This document shows positions 1 to 11,491 of a stretch of DNA of 64,000 bases, one piece after another. This DNA comes from an uncultured virus (IMG/VR IMGVR_UViG_2061766007_000205) (lineage: Duplodnaviria > Heunggongvirae > Uroviricota > Caudoviricetes): IMG/VR virus record IMGVR_UViG_2061766007_000205. One strand, 5' to 3'. The notes beneath the pieces were generated by a model that had not been told where the DNA came from, did no database searches, and saw nothing but the letters and a program-made list of their open reading frames with translations. How positions within the stretch are numbered: the stretch's first letter is position 1; each line of letters opens with the position of its first letter. The position numbers were made by a program, and so were the translations under genes.

Positions 1-183
1 AAGGAAGATACGATAAAGGCAATCAAAGAAGCGGTAGCGCAGAAGAAAAAGGAAAAAAAGTACACCGATCTTGATATAGTGCGGATGCACGATGATGAAG
101 GTATGGAAATGAAAGAGATCGCGAAGATTACGGGTATTCCGTATTCTTCATGTTGGCAGAGATATCACAAGGTAGTGAAATGA
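1..183 (+). CDS. Partial protein (5' end outside window) with C-terminal helix-turn-helix
   Basis: Frame 1 is open from base 1 to TGA 181-183; ...GMEMKEIAKITGIPYSSCWQRY is an HTH pattern. Confidence 0.6.
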   Translation, partial: KEDTIKAIKEAVAQKKKEKKYTDLDIVRMHDDEGMEMKEIAKITGIPYSSCWQRYHKVVK

Positions 184-386
184 GAGAGTGGATAAAGAAC
201 GGAAGATGTAACCGGGAGTGTTTTGCAAACTGTGAAGGTATGTGCAGGGCATTAGCGGAGATACCCAAGGATGGGGAGTGTCCATTTAGGCGAACTGATA
301 TAAATATGCAGGATCAGTATGCGGATATGGCATTACACAATTCGCAAAAGAGTTTGAAAGACTATGATGTGGGGATAGATGGCTGA
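180..386 (+). CDS. Small Cys-rich hypothetical phage protein
   Basis: ATG overlaps the upstream stop (ATGA); CNRECFANC...CRAL...CPF. Confidence 0.55.
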   Translation: MREWIKNGRCNRECFANCEGMCRALAEIPKDGECPFRRTDINMQDQYADMALHNSQKSLKDYDVGIDG

Positions 387-2278
387 ATTAGACGATCTAA
401 AAGGTTTAGTGGCACAACTCGATAAGAAACCCGTGGTAAATGAAGCGGAGCTTGAAGCGTATGTTAATTATTCGACATACGCTATCTTCACGTTGAAGGA
501 GTACAGATACGGGCGAGATTTGGCTTTGCAAGCGGCGAAAAAAGTGACTAACACGGTCAAGGCGGCAGGATTTACGGATATATGGGATATGGAGCGCAAA
601 ACAAAGGAATACGGCGGCACATACCTTCTTGATGGGTTCTACAATCTTTGTCTGCTTCGGTCATTTTGGGATTTAGAAGCCTATATGTTCTTCATGGAGC
701 AAGACAGACCGCAAGACAAGAGGTTTTACCTTCCGAGAATGAACCCGTTGCAGGTGGTTGCACATGACATAGAGGATTTGGCAAATAGGGTTATCAAGTT
801 CTTGGGTATATCACTTCCGGCAAGAACGGGTAAGAGTACGATAGCCATATTTGGTTTAACGTGGTTGGCTATGAAGCGTCCGAATAGTCATTCAGCTATG
901 GGCGGCCATTCAGGTGTACTGACAAAGGGGTTTTATAGGGAATTATTGAACCTGATAGATACATCGGAGTACCGATTCGGTCAAATATATAAGTTTTGGC
1001 ATGAGAANNNNNNNNNNNNNNNNNNNNNNNNNNNNNNNNNNNNNNNNNNNNNNNNNNNNNNNNNNNNNNNNNNNNNNNNNNNNNNNNNNNNNNNNNNNNN
1101 NNNNNNNNNNNNNNNNNNNNNNNNNNNNNNNNNNNNNNNNNNNNNNNNNNNNNNNNNNNNNNNNNNNNNNNNNNNNNNNNNNNNNNNNNNNNNNNNNNNN
1201 NNNNNNNNNNNNNNNNNNNNNNNNNNNNNNNNNNNNNNNNNNNNNNNNNNNNNNNNNNNNNNNNNNNNNNNNNNNNNNNNNNNNNNNNNNNNNNNNNNNN
1301 NNNNNNNNNNNNNNNNNNNNNNNNNNNNNNNNNNNNNNNNNNNNNNNNNNNNNNNNNNNNNNNNNNNNNNNNNNNNNNNNNNNNNNNNNNNNNNNNNNNN
1401 NNNNNNNNNNNNNNNNNNNNNNNNNNNNNNNNNNNNNNNNNNNNNNNNNNNNNNNNNNNNNNNNNNNNNNNNNNNNNNNNNNNNNNNNNNNNNNNNNNNN
1501 NNNNNNNNNNNNNNNNNNNNNNNNNNNNNNNNNNNNNNAAAGCCTATCATTGATTGGGTTTACACCAAAGAGACAAAGGGTAAGTCTATTCCAATGCTTG
1601 TAGCAAAGATTATGGCACATAACATCAGCGAAGTGCAGTATGAGCGAAACGGCATAGGTCGAGTATTTGATGATGAATTGACACAAGCTCTGCATAACGC
1701 AGGATATTACCGATGCAAAATGACTTCTTTTACCGCGCCGGAAGGAATGAGCAAGGAAGAAAAAATCATCGGGTATTCGGATTGGATAAAGGGAAATCTT
1801 GAATTTATAGACGAAAGCGTGAAGAACGCGACCTATACGCGGTCGAATCAGTATCAATTAGCCTTAAACCACGTCTTTATCTGGACTACGGAAGGTAAGA
1901 ACAAGACGGATGATGCGATTGATAACCTNNNNNNNNNNCGAGTCAAACTTTAACTATCCTATCAACGGATTCACTACGGAATACTACCGAGAAATGCGTG
2001 AGCGTCTTGATGAACCTGAATGGATGGCGAAGTATCAACAAGCCCCGTTTGTCCGTGAAGGAATCTTGATAAACCGCAACGAGCTTAACTACTTCAACGG
2101 GGAGATTGCCGAACCCATTGAGAAGATCATAGGTGTCCTTGATCCTGCTGTGGGCGGTGGCGATTATCTTTCGATGGTTATTGTAGCCGAAGCCAAAGGG
2201 CGCAAGAGNNNNNNNNNNTAGGGTGTACGAGCGGCAAAGAAACGGCATAGTTGACGTAATAATGAATCCTTTTAGGTG
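379..2278 (+). CDS. terL: Terminase large subunit (gapped; the fragment at 1939-2208 belongs inside the 1008-1538 gap)
   Basis: Walker A-like PARTGKS; nuclease motifs YQQAP, DPAVGGGD, KTDDAID; position upstream of portal. Confidence 0.85.
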
Positions 2279-2287
2279 AGGTGGAGT

Positions 2288-2584
2288 ATGTCATATCCAA
2301 TTTTTAAAATAGATGATAAGGAGTTAAACCGAGTGTTTAGTTTCCAACCTTTACTGAAAAGACATCAGTTTTTAATTGAGTTTACTTCAGATGCCGTTAT
2401 CCCTTCATTTTCTAAAGGTGAGCATATTCTATCTGCAAGAATGAATGATAAAAATGTGGATGTTATAAAACATTCGGTTAGAAATATCCGCAAACAAGAT
2501 AAGGCACTCATTATGGATATGACAGAAGAAACAAGGGAAGCATACAGATTCGCAGAGGAATTAAACAATGAGGACTTTGAATGA
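2288..2584 (+). CDS. Hypothetical protein
   Basis: GAGGTGGAG SD before ATG; coupled to next ORF. Confidence 0.55.
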   Translation: MSYPIFKIDDKELNRVFSFQPLLKRHQFLIEFTSDAVIPSFSKGEHILSARMNDKNVDVIKHSVRNIRKQDKALIMDMTEETREAYRFAEELNNEDFE

Positions 2585-2811
2585 AGTGTAAGAATTGCGG
2601 AGCAGAACTAAATAACGGCAGATGTGAGTATTGCGGGTCGGTTTTTCCTGAAGAAATGCGAATGTTTACGCTAAAAGCACCCAAAATAGACCCAGAGATT
2701 ATCAAACAAGCACTATACGGAAGCCATGTAATAAATGACAGCCGGATGTATAAGGAGAGGATAGAAGTCACTTGTTTAGGCGATAGTGAGCCGCATTACA
2801 TAGAGGTGTGA
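2581..2811 (+). CDS. Zinc-ribbon protein
   Basis: CKNCG...CEYCG. Confidence 0.65.
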   Translation: MKCKNCGAELNNGRCEYCGSVFPEEMRMFTLKAPKIDPEIIKQALYGSHVINDSRMYKERIEVTCLGDSEPHYIEV

Positions 2812-2813
2812 GT

Positions 2814-3068
2814 ATGAATGAATTTTTAAGATTTTTCGATGAAAAAGCAGAAGACTTCCCAATGCACTTGGATATCCACTATTCAAAGATCACGGATTGG
2901 GCGATTTACGTCTACAAAAAAGGATGCGCGACAGATTACCCTAATAGTCCTCATGTTGGGAATGACGCAATCATTGTGTCGGAGAATGATACCGATATGG
3001 AACTTGTGTTTGCAAAAGCCTATGTCGCATTAAAGGAGTGGCTTTCGGAGTACGAAGGGGGTTACTGA
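2814..3068 (+). CDS. Hypothetical protein
   Basis: GAGGTG SD; stop overlaps next start (TGATG). Confidence 0.6.
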   Translation: MNEFLRFFDEKAEDFPMHLDIHYSKITDWAIYVYKKGCATDYPNSPHVGNDAIIVSENDTDMELVFAKAYVALKEWLSEYEGGY

Positions 3069-3490
3069 TGTACGAAGAATTGAAGGAACTTAACGAGATA
3101 ATCAGACGTAAGCAGGAGAGGATAGACGAATTACGGGCGGCGGCGGTATCTTTGAGTGTGCCGTTGGATCAGCGTGTTCAAAATTCGTCCGAGGACAGAC
3201 TTGCGAACCTCATGTGCAAGATCATCATTGCTGAAAACGAACTTGACGGCCTTATTGATGATTTTGCTGATAAGAAGATGAAAGCAAAGACGGAAATCTT
3301 TACATTACCCATTGAGGATTGGCAGGACATAATTTATATGCACTATATTGAGTTTAAGAGCATGGATGAGGTAGCACAAATCCTATCGAAGAAGAAAAAA
3401 CGTCATATATCGAAAGATGCGGTGTATATGAAGAACAACCGGGCGATAAAATATCTGAAAAAAACGATATTGTCAGAAAACAGAGCGTAA
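3068..3490 (+). CDS. RinA/ArpU-like late transcriptional activator (sigma70 region-4-like HTH)
   Basis: Coiled N-terminus then IIYMHYIEFKSMDEVAQIL...AVYMKNNRAI; lies just upstream of a promoter-like region and the portal gene. Confidence 0.7.
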   Translation: MYEELKELNEIIRRKQERIDELRAAAVSLSVPLDQRVQNSSEDRLANLMCKIIIAENELDGLIDDFADKKMKAKTEIFTLPIEDWQDIIYMHYIEFKSMDEVAQILSKKKKRHISKDAVYMKNNRAIKYLKKTILSENRA

Positions 3491-3526
3491 ATGTCAGAAA
3501 ATTATACGATATTGTTGAAATTATAC

Positions 3527-3599
3527 TTGACGTTAGTTGAATTGTTTGATATATAGTAAAATTGTAGAAGTATCAAGGGCGGGTTATCCGTCCTTTTTT
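3527..3599 (+). promoter_or_regulatory. Putative late promoter motif TTGACGTTAGTTGAATT followed by a hairpin with U-tract
   Basis: Identical 17-mer at 3527, 33817 and 39607, each upstream of a late gene and followed by a GC hairpin plus T-run. Confidence 0.6.
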
Positions 3600-3612
3600 C
3601 GTTGGAGAAAAC

Positions 3613-5123
3613 ATGAAGGATATTCGTAAAAACAGCAGACCTTTTAATCAGGTATGTTACAATTCGTTTGGTCGGAAGGTTATTTATACAAACGCATTAA
3701 AGATCACTTCCAACAACATTGTTAAGGAACTTTCCAAAGCGATGAATCCGTTTAATCAGAACGCCGAGGAAATTGACTATCTGTATAATTACTATCTCGG
3801 CAATCAGCCTGTTTTATACCGAAAAAAAACAACAAGACCCGAAATAAACAACAAAGTCGTGCAGAACACGGCTTTTTTTATTGTCGAAACAAAGACCGCA
3901 GATATAGCAAGTGAGCCTATACAGTATGTATTAAGGGGAACGGACGAAACAAAATCAAAGGAAATAGCAGACCTTAACTCAATAATGGAGAATGAGGATA
4001 AGGCGTATTCTGATATTTGCTTGGCCCGTTGGCGTAGCATTTGCGGCACGTCCTATCGTCTGATTGCTAATGATGATGGACGTTCAAGCCTTTTGGATGA
4101 AACAGAGTTCCGTATAGATGTTCTTGATCCGAGAACTACGGCAGTTGTTTATTATTCAAACAATATTCCTGCTTTCTCATTCCAGAAGATAAAGGACGAG
4201 AATAACAAGACGCTTTACTTTGTTTATACAAGGGAAGCATGGTACAAGATCAGCGGAACAAAAATAGTCGAAAGTGGTACAAACGGCTTTTTGGCTATCC
4301 CGGTTATCGAATATCCGAACAATGAAAACCGTATATCGGACATTGAGATTACAATTTCCTTGTCAGATGCCATAAATGAGCAGACTTCTGACCGTGCAGA
4401 CGGCATAGCACAGTTCGTACAGTCCTTCATTAAGTTTGTTAACTGTGAAATGGATGGCGATAAGTTCAAAGAACTTCGGCAGATGGGCGCATTTATCGTT
4501 AAGTCAAACAACGGCGAAAATAAAGCTGATGTAGACATAATGAGNNNNNNNNNNNNNNNNNNNNNNNNNNNNNNNNNNNNNNNNNNNNNNNNNNNNNNNN
4601 NNNNNNNNNNNNNNNNNNNNNNNNNNNNNNNNNNNNNNNNNNNNNNNNNNNNNNNNNNNNNNNNNNNNNNNNNNNNNNNNNNNNTCTTGTTATTCAAGGT
4701 ATTGCAAACAGAGAAGGAAATACCGGGGGAGATACGCAGGGCGCAGTATCGCTCCGAAACGGCTATCTTGACAGTGAAAAGAGAGCGGAACTATCAGAAC
4801 CGTCATTTAAGAAAGCCGAAAAGCAGTTTTTACGCATTCTGCTTTACAAAATGTTTGTTGACAAGCAGACATCCCTTAAAGTATCGGACATCGAGATAAA
4901 GATATCCCGTTCGAAGATGGATAATATGCTTACCAAAGCTGAAACAATGAAGATTCTGCTTGATAGTGGCATTTTCCCAGAAAGGGCAATAAAATCCGTA
5001 GGATTCTTTGCTGATCCCGAACAGGTAGCGATAGAAAGTCAGAAGAGAATGGATATCCTTTATCCGCAGGAAGCACCCGAAGAACAGCCGAACGAGGTTA
5101 TAGAGGTCGAGGATGAGATTTGA
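3613..5123 (+). CDS. Portal protein, SPP1-like (spans N gap)
   Basis: YNYYLGNQ, EINNKVVQN, IPVIEYPNN, SDRADGIAQFVQS; the frame after the gap continues to the stop at 5123. Confidence 0.85.
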
Positions 5124-5754
5124 CGAACTGAATCAGTTAAGGCGATTCTTTTCGACAATGGAGATATCCAAAGAAGAGAAGAAAAAGAGATGCGATCTTG
5201 CGTATCTCTTTTATGACGCTATTTGGTACACGTTCATGTTGGCAAGGGCAGAAAATGACCTTAAACGTATAAAAAACGAACGCGAATCCATTATAAAGGG
5301 TGATAATACGGTTAAATATGATATAGATGAGTCCTCATTCAAATCAACCCTGCAAAATCGGTTAGAGGACATTCTAAATCAGGAAGATATACCGTATGAG
5401 AAAGATTATATCAAAAGATTAGTAAATGACATCACAGAAACTACAAAAAGACATCCTGATGATATTTACTATCTTTCAAAAGATAGAGCCTTGCTAATAG
5501 CGCAGAATGAGTCAAACACGATTTACAATCATTCGGACTATGAAACAGCAAAGCGAAGCGGAAAGCAATTCAAGGTTTGGATTACAGAAGGTGATGAAAA
5601 AGTCAGGAAAGCACACGCAGAAGTGGATATGACACGCATTCCTATTGACGAGTATTTTTATGTGGATGGCGATACCATGAGATATCCGCATGATTACCTT
5701 AATGGTTCGGCAGGAAACCTTGTAAATTGCCGTTGTATTTGCATGTATGAATGA
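5113..5754 (+). CDS. Minor head protein (SPP1 gp7/Mu gpF-like)
   Basis: KVWITEGDEKVRKAH...NCRC C-terminal motif. Confidence 0.8.
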   Translation: MRFDELNQLRRFFSTMEISKEEKKKRCDLAYLFYDAIWYTFMLARAENDLKRIKNERESIIKGDNTVKYDIDESSFKSTLQNRLEDILNQEDIPYEKDYIKRLVNDITETTKRHPDDIYYLSKDRALLIAQNESNTIYNHSDYETAKRSGKQFKVWITEGDEKVRKAHAEVDMTRIPIDEYFYVDGDTMRYPHDYLNGSAGNLVNCRCICMYE

Positions 5755-5936
5755 TTTTCCTTCAAAGCAATACCTTCTTTTTCATGCGGCGGTGTGTCGA
5801 GAGTAAATCCCCGGCACATCGTTGACGGAAATTAACGTCCTTCGGGGCGTTTTTTTAATACAAGCAACTATGCGTAAATAGCAATCCGAGTGGAAACAAC
5901 CCACGTAAAAAAGTGTACGGAGAAAGGGAAAGAAAA

Positions 5937-6515
5937 ATGATGAAACGCGAAGAAGTAAAGGAACTGATGAAATCTTGGGGTATCGAAGAACCCACAGACG
6001 AACAGGTGACAGACTACCTTAATCGAATGCAGAAAGAGGTCAAAATAGCCGAGGATAAGGCAAACAAATTCAAAGCCGATGCCGACAAGGTTAAAGACCT
6101 TGAAAAGCAGATTGAGGAACTTAACAGTGCGAACATGACTGATTTGGAGAAAGCGAACAAGGCTACCGAAGATGCAATGAATAAGGTTGCGAATCTCGAA
6201 AAAACCGTCAGACAGATGGAGCAACTTAAAGCATTGGCAGATATCGGAATTGTTGGCGATGACGCAAACGGTCTGTTTGGTGAGGATGGAAGTCTTAACA
6301 CCGAAAAGTTAGGACAGATCATTGACAGTAGGGAAAAAGCGGCAGTTGCGGCTTATCAGAAAGATACGCTTGATAAAACGCCCGCGCCCGATGGAAAAAA
6401 AACTGATGATGACGGTGATGAGGACGAGAAGCCTTACAAAGATATAGTTGATCGCGTTGCCGCTTCAAAGAAAGCAGAAACAGAAGCGGTCAGCATTATT
6501 GATTCATACAAATAG
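5937..6515 (+). CDS. Capsid scaffolding protein
   Basis: Acidic coiled-coil protein between minor head and capsid genes; AGGGA SD. Confidence 0.7.
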   Translation: MMKREEVKELMKSWGIEEPTDEQVTDYLNRMQKEVKIAEDKANKFKADADKVKDLEKQIEELNSANMTDLEKANKATEDAMNKVANLEKTVRQMEQLKALADIGIVGDDANGLFGEDGSLNTEKLGQIIDSREKAAVAAYQKDTLDKTPAPDGKKTDDDGDEDEKPYKDIVDRVAASKKAETEAVSIIDSYK

Positions 6516-6984
6516 AAGGGAGAAAAGATATGAAGTATTCANNNNNNNNNNNNNNNNNNNNNNNNNNNNNNNNNNNNNNNNNNNNNNNNNNNNNNNNNNN
6601 NNNNNNNNNNNNNNNNNNNNNNNNNNNNNNNNNNNNNNNNNNNNNNNNNNNNNNNNNNNNNNNNNNNNNNNNNNNNNNNNNNNNNNNNNNNNNNNNNNNN
6701 NNNNNNNNNNNNNNNNNNNNNNNNNNNNNNNNNNNNNNNNNNNNNNNNNNNNNNNNNNNNNNNNNNNNNNNNNNNNNNNNNNNNNNNNNNNNNNNNNNNN
6801 NNNNNNNNNNNNNNNNNNNNNNNNNNNNNNNNNNNNNNNNNNNNNNNNNNNNNNNNNNNNNNNNNNNNNNNNNNNNNNNNNNNNNNNNNNNNNNNNNNNN
6901 NNNNNNNNNNNNNNNNNNNNNNNNNNNNNNNNNNNNNNNNNNNNNNNNNNNNNNNNNNNNNNNNNNNNNNNNNNNNNNNNNNNN

Positions 6985-7946
6985 TGCGCGTGTCGTTCCC
7001 GAAAGAATGAGAATGTCACTTCTTGCAAACGCAAACGGACATCCTTCAATCACGATCTCGGTTAGTGGCGGTGCTAACTACACCTACAACTACGACCCGA
7101 ACGACTCATACAGTACAAACAACTTTGATACTGTTGATACGTATTGGACAGACCTTGATGATTCTACACCGCTTGATGACATTTCAGCGGCNNNNNNNNN
7201 NGGAAATCCTTGACCGCATCTTTGACGATGCTACAACGCTTGTTGATAGCGCGCGTGTTGTTCCTGAAAGAATGAGAATGTCACTTCTTGCAAACGAGAA
7301 CGGACATCCTTCAATCACGATCGCAGTTTCCGGCGGTGCAAACTACACCTACAACTACGATCCGAACAACTCATACAGTACAAACAACTTTGATACTGTT
7401 TCAACATATTGGACAGACCTTGATGATTCTACACCGCTTGATGACATTTCAGCGGCACAGGATGCAGTCGAAGCCGCTACGGGTACAAGACCTTCGATTC
7501 TTCTTATGAGCAAGGCTACAATGAACCTTCTCAAGCAGAACGATTCAATTAAGAGCGCAATTCTGGCACAGAACATAACCGCAAACATCTTTATGACAGA
7601 TGCAAGGGTTAAAGAGCTGTTTGCAAACGAACTCGGACTTTCCATTATCGTTTACACGAAGATGTATAAGGACGAGACAGGCACAGCCAAGAAGTTCTAT
7701 CCCGATGGAATGGTTACACTTCTTCCCGAAGGTGCGCTTGGTAACACATGGTTTGGTGTTACACCCGAAGAACATCGTTCTGACAAACTCGATGTAACTA
7801 TCGTTGACACGGGTATTGCAGTATCGGTTGACACGAAGTTTGACCCGGTACAGACAAGCACAAAGGCATCCGAGATCGTGCTTCCTTCATTCGAGAGAAT
7901 GGATGAGACATATATGCTCAAAGTTGCTTCGAGTGTAGTTTACTGA
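6985..7946 (+). CDS. Major capsid protein, C-terminal part (overlapping variant fragments)
   Basis: Lambda gpE-like features (TPLDDI, ILLMSKAT, KKFYPDG, GNTWFG, SEIVLPSF); position after scaffold. Confidence 0.8.
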
Positions 7947-7994
7947 TAAAGGGGGTAGACCTATGATTTTTCCATTTGAAGTGANNNNNNNNNN

Positions 7995-8615
7995 AGAAGC
8001 ATCAACGGGTGTTAGACCTTCGATCCTTCTCATGAGCAAGGCTACAATGAACCTTCTCAAGCAGAACGATTCAATTAAGAGCGCAATCCTTGCACAGAAC
8101 ATAACCGCAAACATCTTCATGACAGATGCAAGGGTTAAGGAACTGTTTGCAAACGAACTTGGCCTTTCAATCATCGTTTACACGAAGATGTATAAGGACG
8201 AGAGCGGAAATGCCAAGAAGTTCTATCCCGATGGAATGGTTACACTTCTTCCTGAAGGTGCGCTTGGTAACACATGGTTTGGTGTTACACCTGAAGAACA
8301 TCGTTCCGATAAGATCGATGTAACGATCGTTGACACGGGTATCGCAGTATCGGTTGACACAAAGTTTGACCCGGTACAGACAACCACAAAGGCATCCGAG
8401 ATCGTGCTTCCTTCATTCGAGAGAATGGATGAGANNNNNNNNNNAGAGCAGACAAGCTCGATGTTACAATCGTTGATTCAGGTATTGCGGTATCTGTTGA
8501 CACGAAGTTTGACCCGGTACAGACAACCACAAAGGCTTCAGAGATCGTGCTTCCTTCATTCGAGAGAATGGATGAGACATATATGCTCAAAGTTGCCGCA
8601 AACGTAGTGTACTGA
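7995..8615 (+). CDS. Further strain-variant fragments of the major capsid protein 3' end
   Basis: Near-identical to 7470-7946 with mostly synonymous changes; bounded by 10-N gaps. Confidence 0.75.
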
Positions 8616-8631
8616 TAAAGGGGGTAGACCT

Positions 8632-8940
8632 ATGATTTTTCCATTTGAAGTGAAAAAGAATGGTGTCTACTATCCGGCAGGAACGGAAGTTCCGACAGGC
8701 AGTAAGAAGGGGGCTAAAAAGCCCCTTTCTTCACAGCCGGGGAAAGTAGATGCGAAGCCTGAAAAGGCAGAACCCGCAGTTGAAGATTCGGTAAATGAAT
8801 CTGAAAAAGAGCGGAAATATTCAGAAGAAGAATTGAACTTGCCTTACATGAAGCTTAAATCACTTGCAATAAGTGAAGGTTTCAAGGTCGATAAGTCGGC
8901 AAAGGCAGATGAAATAAAGGATATGTTGAGGACATTATGA
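8632..8940 (+). CDS. Small capsid-adjacent protein with C-terminal helix-extension-helix-like domain (copy A)
   Basis: YSEEELNLPYMKLKSLA...KADEIKDML; homologous fragment at 17830-18058. Confidence 0.6.
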   Translation: MIFPFEVKKNGVYYPAGTEVPTGSKKGAKKPLSSQPGKVDAKPEKAEPAVEDSVNESEKERKYSEEELNLPYMKLKSLAISEGFKVDKSAKADEIKDMLRTL

Positions 8941-9281
8941 CACTTAACGATCTTACATCAAAAGTACAAGCAAGAGCATTGACATATTTGAATGAAACAG
9001 AAGAAACAGTAGAAACATTCCCGTTATCTATTGTGGATTTTGTTATTGAGTATTCAATCAATGAGAGTCATTTCCCTATGGACTATACGGAAGATAAGAT
9101 AGCGGCAAGACTTGACCGTTGTGTAAACGCAATGGCAATGGCTTGTATCGAGGTATATTCCAGAGCCGGAGCAGAAGGAGAAAAGGCGCATAGCGAAAAC
9201 GCTATATCTCGAACATATGACGGCGCATGGATAAGTACACGGTTACATGATGTATTGCCGAACTTTGTAGGAGTGCTTTGA
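8937..9281 (+). CDS. Head-tail adaptor, SPP1 gp15-like (copy A)
   Basis: GAEGEKAHSENAISRTY motif; position. Confidence 0.8.
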   Translation: MTLNDLTSKVQARALTYLNETEETVETFPLSIVDFVIEYSINESHFPMDYTEDKIAARLDRCVNAMAMACIEVYSRAGAEGEKAHSENAISRTYDGAWISTRLHDVLPNFVGVL

Positions 9282-9282
9282 T

Positions 9283-9732
9283 ATGATGCGGTGTCTCAAA
9301 AGAAATAAGCAGACAATCTACTACGCATTGCTTATTGATACCGTACCCGTCTATAAACTCGACAGCAATGGCAACAAGATTGTTGACTACGTTGACGAGG
9401 AAACGGGCGAAACATACTACGTTGAAACGGGTGTGAAAATGCCGTTGTATAGTCCTGCTGTCATGTTCAAGGGCAATATAGCGTTTGCAGGAGCAGACCT
9501 ATTACGTCAGGAGTTTGGCATTAGTGACGAACGATACGAAGCGGTATTAGTGTTAAACAAAGGACAAATACCCATAACCGAGACATCCCTTATATGGTTT
9601 GAAACAGACCCGAAGACAAAGATAGTTGACGGGGTTGTATATGCGGATGATGCAACGGCAGATTATAGGGTGTTAAGATCAGTACCTTCGCTTAATAATG
9701 ATCGTTACATCTTGGCAAAGGTAGTTAAATGA
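9283..9732 (+). CDS. Head-closure/stopper protein (copy A)
   Basis: Synteny after adaptor; conserved in copy B. Confidence 0.6.
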   Translation: MMRCLKRNKQTIYYALLIDTVPVYKLDSNGNKIVDYVDEETGETYYVETGVKMPLYSPAVMFKGNIAFAGADLLRQEFGISDERYEAVLVLNKGQIPITETSLIWFETDPKTKIVDGVVYADDATADYRVLRSVPSLNNDRYILAKVVK

Positions 9733-10304
9733 AATACAACGTGAGACTTGATAGCAAGGAATTATTCAAACTATCATCAGACCTTCTAAAGTATGCTGAT
9801 GATTTTGAAAACAAGGTAAGAATATTCCTTGAAAAGTTGGCACAAGTAGGGATAAGCGTCGCGGTGGCAAACAGCGGCGTTTTTTCACGTTATATTGTCT
9901 ATTCAATAAAGCAGGAAAATAATACCACGGTCAAGCTTGTAGCGAGTTCTGAACCCATTGAAAGCGCGTGGTATGTAAGTTCCAAAAGTGAAGAGCAACG
10001 AACAGAAGTGATCTCCCCTATCTTAATGGCTGAATTTGGTAGCGGCCATTATGCAATACAAGGTACGGGAGAAGCGGCAGGATTAGGCGGTCAAGGCACT
10101 TTGAATGTGTATGGACACGCCTTTGATGCTAATGGATGGTATTGGTGGTCGGAAGAAGCAAGTCAGGACGGAGTATTGAAGAAGTCCAAGAATGGACGTT
10201 TTCTGTACCAATCCGATGGACTGCCCCCGGCACAACCTTTACATAAGGCGGTAATGGCTTGCATAGAGCGAGTCGAGGAAATAGCGCGAGAGGTATTCGG
10301 ATGA
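9729..10304 (+). CDS. Neck/tail-completion protein, HK97 gp10-like (copy A)
   Basis: AEFGSG motif and PAQPLHKA; position. Confidence 0.65.
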   Translation: MKYNVRLDSKELFKLSSDLLKYADDFENKVRIFLEKLAQVGISVAVANSGVFSRYIVYSIKQENNTTVKLVASSEPIESAWYVSSKSEEQRTEVISPILMAEFGSGHYAIQGTGEAAGLGGQGTLNVYGHAFDANGWYWWSEEASQDGVLKKSKNGRFLYQSDGLPPAQPLHKAVMACIERVEEIAREVFG

Positions 10305-10711
10305 GTTCTATATGGATTGAGGACAGGATAGACAAGGTTTATTCGCGTGTCAAAAACAAGACAGTCAAAGCACTTAAATCAAAATATCCCGACATCAACT
10401 TCACACAGGATGATTCAGAAAACGATATTGCGAAATTTCCTACCGTTTATATGTTTTTTGATACCGCAGAACGAATGTCTACCCTTGACGGTGGGGCGAT
10501 AAACGGGGTCTATATGACAATTCGTACAAAGGTGAGCGTTACCAAAACAGACGGCAACGATGCCGCCCGTGAGGTAAACGCAAAAGTCCGTGATGAACTC
10601 GTCAATCTCGGTTTTATGGCTTCGGGTAGTCCTATACCTACGGTGTCGGGAGACATCAAAGCAATAAACGCAAACTATCAGAGGATGGTTGGTTACAACG
10701 ATCCAATATAA
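10301..10711 (+). CDS. Tail terminator (copy A)
   Basis: AKFPTVY motif; immediately upstream of tail tube; ATGA overlap. Confidence 0.65.
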   Translation: MSSIWIEDRIDKVYSRVKNKTVKALKSKYPDINFTQDDSENDIAKFPTVYMFFDTAERMSTLDGGAINGVYMTIRTKVSVTKTDGNDAAREVNAKVRDELVNLGFMASGSPIPTVSGDIKAINANYQRMVGYNDPI

Positions 10712-10729
10712 TGAAGGGAGAAAAAAGAT

Positions 10730-11485
10730 ATGGCAGTAAATGAAATGGGTCTTTCGACTCTCGGTATCGAGTTTGGTTATGCCGTAGGGTCAACAAAGCC
10801 TTCGTCATTCACAAAACTTGACAGAATCGTGTCAATCGGTGAAGCCGCTATCACAAACGAGACTATTGATGTTTCTTGTCTTGAAGACCTTACATCAAAG
10901 TTCGTTCGTGGACGTGGAACTGTAACAGATTCTATCCCGGTTGTGGTGAATTGGACAGACGAGGTAGAGCAGGAATGGGATGCCGTTCTTTCGGCTTACA
11001 ATAGCCGCACAACGGGTCAGACGATGTGGTGGATGATTAAAGTTCCCGGAAAGTCAAAATGCGCTTTCTTCAAGGCACAGCCGCCCACAGCACTTCCTAT
11101 ACCTTCACTCGATCAGAACGCAAGCTTACAGAACACGATGAATCTTGTTATGGAAGAGCTTGTAGGTTGGGACACCGCGGTGTCTTTTCTTGAGCCGAAC
11201 CTTGATGCGCTGACTCTTGGTTCGGAAACCTTAACACCGACATTCGATGAGGATGTAACGGAGTATACAGCGAACATCACGGACGCTTCAACAAGTCTTA
11301 CTGTTACGGCAGAGAATACGGGCGATACCGTTGAAATCTTCCTTAATGGTACTTCAAAGGGAAGCGGAACAACAACATTGACAAAATCTCTTACTTGGAC
11401 GGCCGGTACGGACGAGGTAGAGGTTAAAGTAACTCATGTAGCATCTGTTAAGACCTACAAGATCACAGTTACGCACACAGTATAG
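10730..11485 (+). CDS. Major tail (tube) protein with in-frame C-terminal Ig/cadherin-like domain (copy A)
   Basis: ETIDVSCLED tube motif; LTPTFDEDVTEYT...KTYKITVT beta-sandwich. Confidence 0.8.
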   Translation: MAVNEMGLSTLGIEFGYAVGSTKPSSFTKLDRIVSIGEAAITNETIDVSCLEDLTSKFVRGRGTVTDSIPVVVNWTDEVEQEWDAVLSAYNSRTTGQTMWWMIKVPGKSKCAFFKAQPPTALPIPSLDQNASLQNTMNLVMEELVGWDTAVSFLEPNLDALTLGSETLTPTFDEDVTEYTANITDASTSLTVTAENTGDTVEIFLNGTSKGSGTTTLTKSLTWTAGTDEVEVKVTHVASVKTYKITVTHTV

Positions 11486-11491
11486 CGCGAA

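Noticed and set aside
943..1857. Long ORFs across N runs (also 6448-7213)
   Set aside because: Artefacts of translating through gaps
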